A DNA stretch of 32,000 nt, taken from assembly GCA_000091165.1 (NCBI GenBank), contig FP565575.1, positions 1,890,001-1,922,000 on the forward strand, in the 5' to 3' direction. Within the stretch, counting starts at the first letter, position 1. The number at the start of each line of letters is the position of its first letter. The DNA comes from Candidatus Methylomirabilis oxygeniifera. Lineage in GTDB: Bacteria > Methylomirabilota > Methylomirabilia > Methylomirabilales > Methylomirabilaceae. The notes beneath the pieces were generated by a model that ran no database searches, was not told the origin of the DNA, and saw only the letters and a program-made list of their open reading frames with translations. A program made the translations under genes and the position numbers. Below, piece by piece: positions 6,011 through 14,470 of this stretch.

Positions 6011-7261
6011 ATGAAACGTGTTGTTGTCATTGGAGCGGGTGCGGCGGGGACTATGGCCGCGATCTTTGCGGCCTCCAGCGGCGCCGAGACGCGGCTCCTC
6101 GAGCGCACGAATGACGGCGGACGCAAAATTCTCATCAGCGGGGGCGGCCGGTGCAACATTCTGCCGGCCGTCGTTCATGAGTCTCGCTTCGTCACCGATT
6201 CTTCACCTCACACCCTTCGAAAGATGCTCCGCTCCTGGCCGCTAAGCGAGCAGATCGCGTTCTTCGAAGGCAAAGCCGGGATCCCCCTGATGGAAGAAAG
6301 GGAGTCGGCGAAGCTGTTTCCACAATCCGAAAGCGCGCGCGATGTTCGCGACAGGCTGCTGGCGCTCGCGCGCGCCAGAGGCGTCGTGATCGAGACCGGC
6401 GCGTTGGTCACCGGCCTTGTCCCGGCCGGCAACGGCTGGCAGATCGAACGACGCGGAGGATCATCCCTGCAGGCCGATGCCGTCGTTGTTGCCACAGGCG
6501 GCCTCTCCTTTCCCGGTACGGGAAGCGATGGCCTCGGGCTTCGCATCATCAAGACGCTGGGGCATACGATCAACCGAACCTACCCGGCGCTGACCCCGCT
6601 GACGGCGACGGTCCGGCGAAAGCCGGGCACGACCGGTGGCGCGCCGTTCGCCGCGCTTTCAGGCATTTCGCTGCCGGTCACGCTGACCGCCCGCGCAGGA
6701 ACCTTGGAGTCCACATCGACAGGAGGATTTCTTTTCACCCACCACGGCTACAGCGGGCCCGCCGTGCTCGATGTGTCTCATGTCGCGGTACGCTCACGCG
6801 CCGAGATGGACGCTCCCGCGCGTCTCGTTGTACGATGGACGTCATTGAACGATAAGGATTGGGAATCGGTTTTCGGTTCGCGCGGTTCTCGAACGGTGCT
6901 GAACGCTGTGGCGGCTCAGTTACCGCGTCGACTCGCCGAAGCGCTGATCGATTTCGCCAGGATTGATATTCGCCGAACACTCTCGCAACTGACCCGTGAC
7001 GAGCGGCTCCGTCTCATCGACATCCTCGTACGATGCGAACTGCCGTGGTCGGGAGATGAGGGGTACGGGAAGGCCGAAGTCACCGGCGGTGGTGTGTGTC
7101 TGTCGGAGATCGATCCGAAGACTTTGGAAAGCAAGATTCACAAGGGTCTGTTTCTGTGCGGCGAGATACTCGACGCCTTCGGACCGATCGGCGGCTACAA
7201 CTTTCTCTGGGCGTGGGCGACCGGGCGCGCCGCCGGCCTTGGCGCCTCACGCACGCACTAG
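6011..7261 (+). CDS. NAD(P)/FAD-dependent oxidoreductase, HI0933 (BaiN-like) flavoprotein family
   Basis: 416 aa with the VVVIGAGAAG Rossmann motif, GGGRCN, and C-terminal GEILD..G.IGGYNF.WAW.TG. Confidence 0.85.
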   Translation: MKRVVVIGAGAAGTMAAIFAASSGAETRLLERTNDGGRKILISGGGRCNILPAVVHESRFVTDSSPHTLRKMLRSWPLSEQIAFFEGKAGIPLMEERESAKLFPQSESARDVRDRLLALARARGVVIETGALVTGLVPAGNGWQIERRGGSSLQADAVVVATGGLSFPGTGSDGLGLRIIKTLGHTINRTYPALTPLTATVRRKPGTTGGAPFAALSGISLPVTLTARAGTLESTSTGGFLFTHHGYSGPAVLDVSHVAVRSRAEMDAPARLVVRWTSLNDKDWESVFGSRGSRTVLNAVAAQLPRRLAEALIDFARIDIRRTLSQLTRDERLRLIDILVRCELPWSGDEGYGKAEVTGGGVCLSEIDPKTLESKIHKGLFLCGEILDAFGPIGGYNFLWAWATGRAAGLGASRTH

Positions 7262-7306
7262 GTCATTAATCATGCCCTCTCTCAATCTGAAATAGTCGGT
7301 TCACCG

Positions 7307-9214
7307 ATGGCTCTTATTACACTCGATCATGTCTCCATCGCGTACGGACACGTCCCGCTGCTCGACGATGCCAGCCTGCAGGTCGAAGCCGGCGAACGTG
7401 TGTGCGTGATCGGCCGGAACGGCACCGGCAAATCCACATTGCTTCAGATCCTTAGCGGAGATCAGACCCCCGACAGCGGTTCGGTGTGGCGACAGCCTGA
7501 GATTGGGGTCGCGCGGCTTGTGCAGGACGTTCCCCTGTCGTCCAATCGCCCTGTGTTCGACGTCGTCGCGGAAGGGCTGGGCAACCTCGGCGAGTTGGTG
7601 GCCGCCTACCATCACGCGGCGGTGGATGTGGCCGAACGAGGCACCGACATCTCGCTCGACAAGCTGGGCAGGCTGCAGCGCGAGCTCGAAGAGCGGGACG
7701 GTTGGCGCCTCGAACAGCGCGTGGAAATCGTCCTCGATCGTCTGGGTCTCCCGGCCGAGGCCATCGTCGACAGCTTGTCAGGAGGCTGGCGGCGGCGCGT
7801 GCTGCTGGCGAGGGCGCTGGTGGCCCAACCGCAACTCCTCCTGCTCGACGAGCCTACCAACCATCTCGACATCGACGCGATGATCTGGCTCGAAGAGTTT
7901 CTCAAGACGTACGCAGGTGCGGTGGTATTTGTCACCCACGACCGGGTGTTTCTCCAGAATCTGGCAACACGGATCGTAGAGCTGGATCGCGGCACACTGA
8001 CGTCGTGGCCGGGCGACTACGCGACCTTTCTCCGCAGGAAGGAAGAATGGCTTGCGAGTGAGGCGGCGCAGAACGCCACGTTCGACAAGCGGCTCGCTGA
8101 GGAAGAGGTGTGGCTTCGCCAGGGTATCAAGGCGCGGCGGACGCGGGATGAGGGCCGGGTTCGCGCGCTGCTGGCCATGCGACAAGAGCGGGCCGCACGG
8201 CGCGCGCAGGTCGGTAATGTTTGTCTGCAGGCCGAGATCGGCGAGCGCTCGGGTCGGCTCGTATTCGAGGCCGTCGGTATCTCGAAATCGTTCGGCGACA
8301 AGCCCGTCGTCCGCGATCTGTCGTTACGCGTGATGCGCGGGGATCGTGTGGGGTTGATCGGTCCGAACGGATCGGGTAAGACGACCCTGCTTCGACTGTT
8401 GATCGGCGAACTCACGCCCGACACGGGCAACGTGAAGCGCGGCGCCAACGTTCAGGTGGCGTATTACGACCAGCAGCGCGAGCAGCTCGATCCCCAGCGC
8501 ACGGTATTTGACACGGTCGGCGATGGAAACGACACGGTCACGGTGAACGGCCGCACGCGGCACGTCCACGGATACCTCCGCGATTTTCTGTTTCCACCTG
8601 AGCGTGCGTACGCCCGGGTTCAGACACTGTCTGGCGGTGAGCGAAATCGCCTGGTGCTGGCACGCCTGTTCACGCAACCCGCCAATGTCCTCGTCCTTGA
8701 TGAGCCCACAAATGATCTCGATATCGAGACGCTGGAATTGCTTGAATCGTATCTCATCGAGTGGCCGGGAACGCTGCTGCTCGTCAGCCACGATCGCGCG
8801 TTCATCGATCACGTCGTCACGAGTACGCTCGTCTTCGAAGGTGGCGGACAGGTGCAGGAGTACGTCGGTGGATACGAGGACTGGCTGCGGCAGCGCGGCA
8901 CCAGGGAAACAGCGACCAAGGCGCAGCCGGAGAGGACGGTACGCCCTGCGCAACCGCCCGTGACGGTGGCGACCAGAAAGAAACCGACCTATCGCGAGCA
9001 AAGGGAACTCGAGCAGCTTCCGGCGCAGATCGAAGCCCTGGAATGCGAGCACGCGCAATTGACCGCCTCGATCACAGACCCCCTCTTTTACCGGCAACCG
9101 GCCGATTCGATCACGCAGGCGCTCGCGCGCCTCGATGCGCTGGCACGCGAGCTTCACGACGCCTACACTCGCTGGGACGAACTTGATTCCCGCATTACGC
9201 GCGAACGTGTGTGA
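7307..9214 (+). CDS. uup: ABC-F family ATPase Uup
   Basis: 635 aa with two ABC cassettes (GRNGTGKST / LSGGWRRR / LLLLDEPTNHLD and GPNGSGKTT / LSGGERNR / VLVLDEPTNDLD) plus a C-terminal coiled-coil tail. Confidence 0.9.
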   Translation: MALITLDHVSIAYGHVPLLDDASLQVEAGERVCVIGRNGTGKSTLLQILSGDQTPDSGSVWRQPEIGVARLVQDVPLSSNRPVFDVVAEGLGNLGELVAAYHHAAVDVAERGTDISLDKLGRLQRELEERDGWRLEQRVEIVLDRLGLPAEAIVDSLSGGWRRRVLLARALVAQPQLLLLDEPTNHLDIDAMIWLEEFLKTYAGAVVFVTHDRVFLQNLATRIVELDRGTLTSWPGDYATFLRRKEEWLASEAAQNATFDKRLAEEEVWLRQGIKARRTRDEGRVRALLAMRQERAARRAQVGNVCLQAEIGERSGRLVFEAVGISKSFGDKPVVRDLSLRVMRGDRVGLIGPNGSGKTTLLRLLIGELTPDTGNVKRGANVQVAYYDQQREQLDPQRTVFDTVGDGNDTVTVNGRTRHVHGYLRDFLFPPERAYARVQTLSGGERNRLVLARLFTQPANVLVLDEPTNDLDIETLELLESYLIEWPGTLLLVSHDRAFIDHVVTSTLVFEGGGQVQEYVGGYEDWLRQRGTRETATKAQPERTVRPAQPPVTVATRKKPTYREQRELEQLPAQIEALECEHAQLTASITDPLFYRQPADSITQALARLDALARELHDAYTRWDELDSRITRERV

Positions 9215-9250
9215 CGGACACACGAAGTTTCCGGCGGCGTTGCATATCCC

Positions 9251-9278
9251 TGTAAATCTCCGCAATTCCTGCTATAAT
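9251..9278 (+). promoter_or_regulatory. possible promoter of the ybiT-like gene
   Basis: TATAAT at 9273-9278 with a weak -35 TGTAAA at 9251-9256 and a 16-nt spacer. The ATG at 9287 is 8 nt past the -10 and has no Shine-Dalgarno sequence, which suggests a leaderless start. Confidence 0.3.
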
Positions 9279-9286
9279 ATATCGCT

Positions 9287-10885
9287 ATGATTTCAGTGAG
9301 CGACGTGTGCATGCGGTTCGGCTCGAAAATCCTGTTCGAAGACGTGACAACCACGTTTTCAGCGGGACGGCGCTACGGCCTGACGGGCCCCAACGGCGCC
9401 GGCAAGTCGACGTTTATGAAGCTGCTCACCGGCGAGATCGACCCGCAGGTGGGCACGGTATCCGGACCGCGCAAGCTCGGCGTCCTCAGCCAGGACCAAT
9501 ACGCCTTTGACCGGTTCCGCGTGATCGACACCGTCATCATGGGCAATAAACGCCTGTGGGCGGCCCTTCAGGAGCGCGACGAGATCTATGCGCAGCCTGA
9601 GATGACCCACGAGGCCGGCATGCGCCTCGGCGAGCTCGAGGGTATTGTCGGTGACGAAGACGGCTACTCGGCAGAAAACGACGCGGCCCTGCTGCTGCAG
9701 GGGCTCGACATTCCCGACGACATCCACGACTGGAAGATGGCGGAATTACAGGGCGGGCAGAAGGTGCGTGTGCTGTTGGCGCAGGCCCTGTTCGGCCATC
9801 CCGAGGCGCTGCTGCTCGACGAGCCGACGAACCACCTGGACCTGGATTCGATTCACTGGCTGGAGGAACTCCTTGGCCGGTACGAGGGTACACTCATCGT
9901 CATCTCGCACGACCGCCATTTCCTGAACAACGTCTGTACGCATATCGCCGACATCGACTATCAGACGATCATTACCTACACCGGCGGCTACGACGACATG
10001 GTGGTCGCCAAGACACAGATTCGGTCAAAGATCGAGTCTGAGAACGCGCAACGGGCAAAGAAGATCGCGCAGTTGCAGGACTTCATTCAGCGTTTCGGGG
10101 CGGGCACGCGTGCGAGCCAGGCCACATCGCGGCGCAAGGAAGTCGAACGGCTGCGGACGACCGATCTGGCCCGCTCGAATATTCAGCGTCCGTACATCAA
10201 GTTCCCGATGAAGCGGCCGTCCGGAAAAGTTGCGGTGGAGTTCGAGAACCTATCGAAGGGCTTTACGAACAATCCTGTTATTTCCGGCTTCAGCGCCATC
10301 GTCAATCGAGGTGAGAAGATTGTGCTCGTCGGCCGCAACGGGGCCGGAAAAACCACGTTGCTGAAGGCACTGCTGGCCGATGCGCCGGACTTGCCGGCCT
10401 CCCCTGCCGATGTGGACTGCGGCAAGACGACGTGGGGGTACGGGGTGTCGATCGGCTACTTTCCACAGGACCACACCGGAGAGATCGAGAAGGGACTTAC
10501 GGTAGCGGATTGGCTGCACCGTTTCGATCCGGATGCGTCACGGCAGGACATTCACGGACTGCTGGGACAGATGCTGTTCAGCGGCGAAGAAGGCCACAAG
10601 CCGACCGACGCACTTTCCGGCGGCGAGACCGCCCGGCTGCTATTCTGCCGCATCATGCTGCTGAAACCGAACGTACTCGTCCTGGACGAGCCCACCAACC
10701 ATCTCGATCTGGAATCCATCAACGCGCTGAATGTGGCGCTTCAGAGGTTCGAGGGCACCGTGCTGCTGGTCACGCACGATCAGGACCTGCTCGAAGAAGT
10801 GGGCACGAGGATATGGCACTTCGAGCACGGCAAGATTGCGGATTTCAAAGGAAGCTACGAGGAATACGCGTCGTTGTCGGCCTGA
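9287..10885 (+). CDS. ybiT: ABC-F family ATPase, YbiT-like
   Basis: 532 aa. The N-terminus VSDVCMRFGSKILFEDVTTTFSAGRRYGLTGPNGAGKSTFMKLL closely resembles E. coli YbiT as I recall it. The second cassette has GRNGAGKTT / LSGGETAR. Confidence 0.85.
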   Translation: MISVSDVCMRFGSKILFEDVTTTFSAGRRYGLTGPNGAGKSTFMKLLTGEIDPQVGTVSGPRKLGVLSQDQYAFDRFRVIDTVIMGNKRLWAALQERDEIYAQPEMTHEAGMRLGELEGIVGDEDGYSAENDAALLLQGLDIPDDIHDWKMAELQGGQKVRVLLAQALFGHPEALLLDEPTNHLDLDSIHWLEELLGRYEGTLIVISHDRHFLNNVCTHIADIDYQTIITYTGGYDDMVVAKTQIRSKIESENAQRAKKIAQLQDFIQRFGAGTRASQATSRRKEVERLRTTDLARSNIQRPYIKFPMKRPSGKVAVEFENLSKGFTNNPVISGFSAIVNRGEKIVLVGRNGAGKTTLLKALLADAPDLPASPADVDCGKTTWGYGVSIGYFPQDHTGEIEKGLTVADWLHRFDPDASRQDIHGLLGQMLFSGEEGHKPTDALSGGETARLLFCRIMLLKPNVLVLDEPTNHLDLESINALNVALQRFEGTVLLVTHDQDLLEEVGTRIWHFEHGKIADFKGSYEEYASLSA

Positions 10886-10933
10886 CGTACGTCTTCAGCA
10901 ACATGGCACGCCGACCGGTGGCCCGGACTGTAC

Positions 10934-11938
10934 ATGCATAGCGTCCTTTCTTCCTCTCGAAATATCGCCATCCTGGGAGGCGGAGCGGCGGGCATGTCCT
11001 GCGCGCTGTGGTTGAAACATCTAAGTTTTTCGCCTGTCCTCATCGAGCCGGGCACGGCGCTCGGCGGGCAATTGTTAGAGATTCATCGGATCAACCGTTG
11101 GATATTGGGCATCCCGGGACAGACGGGGCCGGCGCTCGCTGAGCTGTACGGCCGGCATGTTGTCGATGAAGCTATCGACGTCCGCCTTGGTGCCAGGCCC
11201 GTCTCCGTGATGGCGGAAGATTTCGGTTTCAGCCTGGTTGTGCGAGAAGGTGAACACCGCACGGCATCGCTGCCTGCGCGGGCACTCGTCATCGCCACGG
11301 GGTTGCGCGTCAACGCCTCGGACATCCTGCACCCAATCCCGGGAGCCCTGGCGCTGTACGAATCCGACCTCTTATCGTTTTTCCCTCTGGACCATCTCGA
11401 ACCGATGGAAGCCCTCAGAGGAAAGCGGGTAGCTGTGATAGGCGGCGGCGACAACGCCCATTTCACTGCCAAGGATCTCGCCTCCAGAACCGCCCTCACC
11501 CATTTGATCATTCGCTCGCGGCCCAAGGCGCAGCCAATGGTGCGTCAAGAGGTGGAAGCACTCATCCAACAGGGGCGCATCCAGGAACATGGCGGCGCGC
11601 TCATCACCGGCTTTCATCAGGGATCCGGCGGCATCACCATTACTTTGACGCGAAACGAGTGCACAACCCAACATATCGAGGTTGACCGGATTTTCGCCCG
11701 CACCGGCTTTACCCCGAATACGGAATTCCTCGCCGGGCTCGGCCCCCTGGCCGGGCTGGAACGAAATGGCGACGGCTATGTGCAGGTCGATGCCTGGAAG
11801 CGCGCGTCGCTGCCTTTCGTGTACGCCGTCGGCGATGTCGCCAACCCCGACCATCCCTCCGTGGTCACCGCCATCGCCGACGGCGCGACGGCGGCGCAGG
11901 CCATCGCCCAAGACGTGGGAACATCAGCATGGGCTTGA
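10934..11938 (+). CDS. FAD-dependent pyridine nucleotide-disulfide oxidoreductase (thioredoxin-reductase-like; no CxxC seen)
   Basis: 334 aa with IAILGGGAAGMSCA (FAD), VAVIGGGDNA (NAD(P)H) and YAVGDVAN motifs. Confidence 0.8.
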   Translation: MHSVLSSSRNIAILGGGAAGMSCALWLKHLSFSPVLIEPGTALGGQLLEIHRINRWILGIPGQTGPALAELYGRHVVDEAIDVRLGARPVSVMAEDFGFSLVVREGEHRTASLPARALVIATGLRVNASDILHPIPGALALYESDLLSFFPLDHLEPMEALRGKRVAVIGGGDNAHFTAKDLASRTALTHLIIRSRPKAQPMVRQEVEALIQQGRIQEHGGALITGFHQGSGGITITLTRNECTTQHIEVDRIFARTGFTPNTEFLAGLGPLAGLERNGDGYVQVDAWKRASLPFVYAVGDVANPDHPSVVTAIADGATAAQAIAQDVGTSAWA

Positions 11939-12924
11939 ACACGCCGCTGGTCTGGATCGTGGATAGCGCCTACACCGGTGAGTTATATGCCCGTCTCGGC
12001 GCGGCCGAGCGGCTGGGCTACGGCTACGAGACGATTCCTGTGCCCGGCGGCGACGCCGGGGCTTACGGCAAGCTGCTGGAAGACCGTTACAACTACGCCT
12101 GCCGGGACGGCGAATCCAGACCTATAATCCTGTTGAGCGGAACCGGCGAGGACACGATCGGTCCTATCGCGGATCTCAAGGGTGTGTTCCAAGGACGGCT
12201 ACTGAGCGTATACCTGGCTTCCATCCTTCCGGACGAACCCGATCGGCGCCTTCAGGAGTACGATATGGTCGCCTCCCCTCAGTTGAGCGGCACCAACGTC
12301 GTCACGACGGTGGGCGTGGTGCATAGGATGACGAACCACCTGCTGGATCAAGCGTTCCATCGGCACCAGGATCTGTTCGCCGGCTTGACCCGCCCCCTGG
12401 TGGGCTTACTGGTGGGCGGTAACACCCGCTACTGTTTCGGTTTCCACGAAGACCATGCTCGGTGCTTGGGCAGGCGGGTCGCGAGTATCGTCGCATCGCT
12501 TAAGGGGAGCCTGATGGTCACCAACAGCCGCCGAACCCCGAATGAAGCTCTGGCCGCCTTGCTGGACGAGGTCGCATGCCTGGATTGCCGCTTTTTCGAC
12601 TGGCAACAAGCCGACTCCGATCTGTATCCCGCGCTGCTCGCCCATGGCGATCTGTTTATCGCCACCGGAGATTCGGTCTCCATGTGTTCCGAAGCCAGCT
12701 ACACGGGCAAGCCGCTGCTGGTGGACATGAATGACTGCGCCACCGAGATCTACCATCGCCATATCATCGGCAAACTCATCGCGTATGGCGCAGCCAAGCC
12801 GCTAAGCGACACGTTCCAGCCCTGGACCTACACCCCGCCAGATCCGACGGGGGCCGTGGTTGCGGCAATCCGCGAGCGGCTTGCGGAGAAGTGGCCGCTC
12901 TTCAGCAGGGAGGGAAAGAACTGA
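11929..12924 (+). CDS. ELM1/DUF1022 family protein (putative glycosyltransferase-like)
   Basis: 331 aa. LVGLLVGGNT ... VTNSRRTP ... ATGDSVSMCSEASYTGKPLLV matches the ELM1 family pattern. It overlaps the upstream gene by 10 nt. Confidence 0.65.
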   Translation: MGLNTPLVWIVDSAYTGELYARLGAAERLGYGYETIPVPGGDAGAYGKLLEDRYNYACRDGESRPIILLSGTGEDTIGPIADLKGVFQGRLLSVYLASILPDEPDRRLQEYDMVASPQLSGTNVVTTVGVVHRMTNHLLDQAFHRHQDLFAGLTRPLVGLLVGGNTRYCFGFHEDHARCLGRRVASIVASLKGSLMVTNSRRTPNEALAALLDEVACLDCRFFDWQQADSDLYPALLAHGDLFIATGDSVSMCSEASYTGKPLLVDMNDCATEIYHRHIIGKLIAYGAAKPLSDTFQPWTYTPPDPTGAVVAAIRERLAEKWPLFSREGKN

Positions 12925-12981
12925 AGAACCTCCGTCATACATTTTTATTCTTAAGGGTCCACAGGGTCACCCATGCATCAT

Positions 12982-13028
12982 AAAAATCCCCCCAACCCCC
13001 CTTTGAAAAAGGGGGAGACGGAGGATTT
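12982..13028. repeat. C-tract/G-tract hairpin repeat unit
   Basis: AAAAATCCCCCCAA-CCCCCCTTTgaaAAAGGGGG-AGACGGAGGATTT. It shows the same outer-arm and inner-hairpin design as the other family members. Confidence 0.7.
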
Positions 13029-13136
13029 CAGCCGAGGTGTCGGGTTACGCGACGCCAATCCGACCTATGGCCTGATGGACTCAATTGACACAACAGACAC
13101 AACAAACGCTTTACTGGGAGAATTAAGGAGGGAGCC

Positions 13137-13553
13137 ATGAAGCGATCGGGTTTACTGCTTACCTTAACCTTGACAGTTGGGATCGCGCTGGGGGTGATCG
13201 GGACCCAGGTCTTGAATGCGCAGCAGGCACCGATGAAACGTACTGTGCTCATCAAGACCGATCTGGCAGGGATTGAAGGGAAAGAGGCTGTACTGGCCTT
13301 AGTAGAGTTTGCGCCGGGAGCGGCCACCGATCCCCACTATCACCCCGGAGAAGAGCTGGCTTACCTCCTTGAAGGGTCGATCAGCTTCGAAGCTCAGGGG
13401 AAGCCCCCTATCACCTTCAAGCCCGGCGATACGTTCCATCAGCCGCCGAAACAGGCGCATCGCGTAAAGAACCTCAGTGCGACCATGCCAGCTAAGGCCT
13501 TAGCGTTCACTATTTCGGAAAAAGGCCTACCCCTTACCGTCCCCGTGAAGTAG
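13137..13553 (+). CDS. secreted cupin domain protein
   Basis: 138 aa. AAGGAGGGAG Shine-Dalgarno sequence, N-terminal signal-like segment (LLLTLTLTVGIALGVIGTQVLNA), and cupin motifs HYHPGEE...G...F..GD..H.P....H. Confidence 0.8.
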   Translation: MKRSGLLLTLTLTVGIALGVIGTQVLNAQQAPMKRTVLIKTDLAGIEGKEAVLALVEFAPGAATDPHYHPGEELAYLLEGSISFEAQGKPPITFKPGDTFHQPPKQAHRVKNLSATMPAKALAFTISEKGLPLTVPVK

Positions 13554-13605
13554 TCGCGGCTAGCTGAGCGACACCCCATGCGGCCGCGGCCGCACCGCGG
13601 CCGAC

Positions 13606-13771
13606 GAAAACCCCCTTAATCCCCCTTTGCGAAAGGGGGAGGCAAGGAAGCGCATCAGTAATACCCTCCCCTTAAGAAATGGGGAGGCACGGACGCGTAT
13701 CAGGAATATCCCCCCATTTTTGAAAGGGGGGTTAGGGGGGTTTGTCTGAAGCTGACGCCTGATAGCTGAAG
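13606..13771. repeat. modular composite of three hairpin repeat units abutting the tRNA-Met 3' end
   Basis: Module 1 is at 13606-13658, a related module 2 at 13659-13704, and the terminal module at 13705-13771 (CCCCCCATTTTTGAAAGGGGGG-TTAGGGGGGTTTGTCTGAAGCTGA...GATAGCTGAAG). Modules 1 and 3 are homologous to 18530-18658. Confidence 0.75.
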
Positions 13772-13772
13772 T

Positions 13773-13849
13773 TGGTGGCGGTGACTGGACTCGAACCAGT
13801 GACGCCGCGGATATGAGCCGCGTGCTCTGACCGACTGAGCTACACCGCC
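13773..13849 (-). tRNA. tRNA-Met (anticodon CAT; an elongator or lysidine-modified Ile2 identity cannot be separated by eye)
   Basis: The reverse complement folds as a cloverleaf: GGCGGTG-TA-GCTC-AGTCGGTC-AGAGC-A-CGCGG-CTCATAT-CCGCG-GCGTC-ACTGG-TTCGAGT-CCAGT-CACCGCC-A-CCA. All four stems are fully paired and the CCA is encoded. Confidence 0.9.
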
Positions 13850-13964
13850 AAAAACATTCGCGGACCTTAATGAGTATGTATGGTATTGCGCAACGCTTGT
13901 CAAGCGGAAGGAGCCCCGGCTGGACGGTACAGCTCGTCCTGCTGGAGCCTTGACGAGATCAGCC

Positions 13965-14273
13965 TCAGAGCAGCTTGGTCATCACCTTGGCATCCCAGTC
14001 TTGCGCGAGATCACTCAGCTCCTGGGCCAGCCGTCGCCCTTCTTCATCCGTCGTCCAGAGCTTCTCCCATGCATCGAGATCCGCATAGGCTGAGAACTCC
14101 CAGAGTGCCATATACTGAGGGCGATGCCCCACGTAGAGGTCACGGGAAAAAAGACCGACGAGTTTGAACTGCGGGAGAGCCTTTGCGAAGTGGTCGGCAA
14201 ACCGCTGATACGCTTCGGCTACCTGCGTCCGCTTAACCCCTGGCTTTTGATCGAACTCGATCATATAGAACAT
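13965..14273 (-). CDS. hypothetical protein (102 aa)
   Basis: The start is trimmed from 14366 to ATG 14273 (MFYMIEFDQK...) because GGAGGG lies 7 nt upstream. No family was recognised. Confidence 0.5.
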   Translation of the reverse strand: MFYMIEFDQKPGVKRTQVAEAYQRFADHFAKALPQFKLVGLFSRDLYVGHRPQYMALWEFSAYADLDAWEKLWTTDEEGRRLAQELSDLAQDWDAKVMTKLL

Positions 14274-14470
14274 CGCCTGTCCCTCCACGTGGCGTCCCTG
14301 GTCACGATGTCGCATATCTCTCTGCCGAACATGACCGAACTGTTTTCGTGCAGCGTAGCTTGCCATGCACTCGCCAAGATGTCAAACATTTTTCCTGACC
14401 CACCGAGAGCGCTCAGCCGTTTCAGGCTCTCAATCGGCCAGAGCATCAGAGAAAGGAGTGATGTAGCGAT

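Noticed and set aside
8324-9265. 313-aa ORF on the minus strand, with many other 60-140 aa ORFs in 7.3-10.9 kb
   Set aside because: They lie antisense to or out of frame with uup and the ybiT-like gene, whose + strand frames carry complete Walker A, signature and Walker B motifs. The sequences are Arg/Pro/Ala-rich with no recognisable motifs, as is typical of shadow ORFs in GC-rich DNA.
13084-13115. TTGACA at 13084-13089 as the -35 of a cupin-gene promoter
   Set aside because: The best downstream -10 candidates (GCTTTA, TTTACT) are poor and sit at 17-19 nt spacing, so the support is too weak to report as a feature.
13581-13603. Perfect 9-bp GC hairpin CGGCCGCGG-ccgca-CCGCGGCCG after the cupin gene, considered as an intrinsic terminator
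   Set aside because: No T-tract follows on either strand, and it sits at the edge of the hairpin-repeat composite. It may still pause or terminate transcription, but the sequence alone does not support a confident terminator call.
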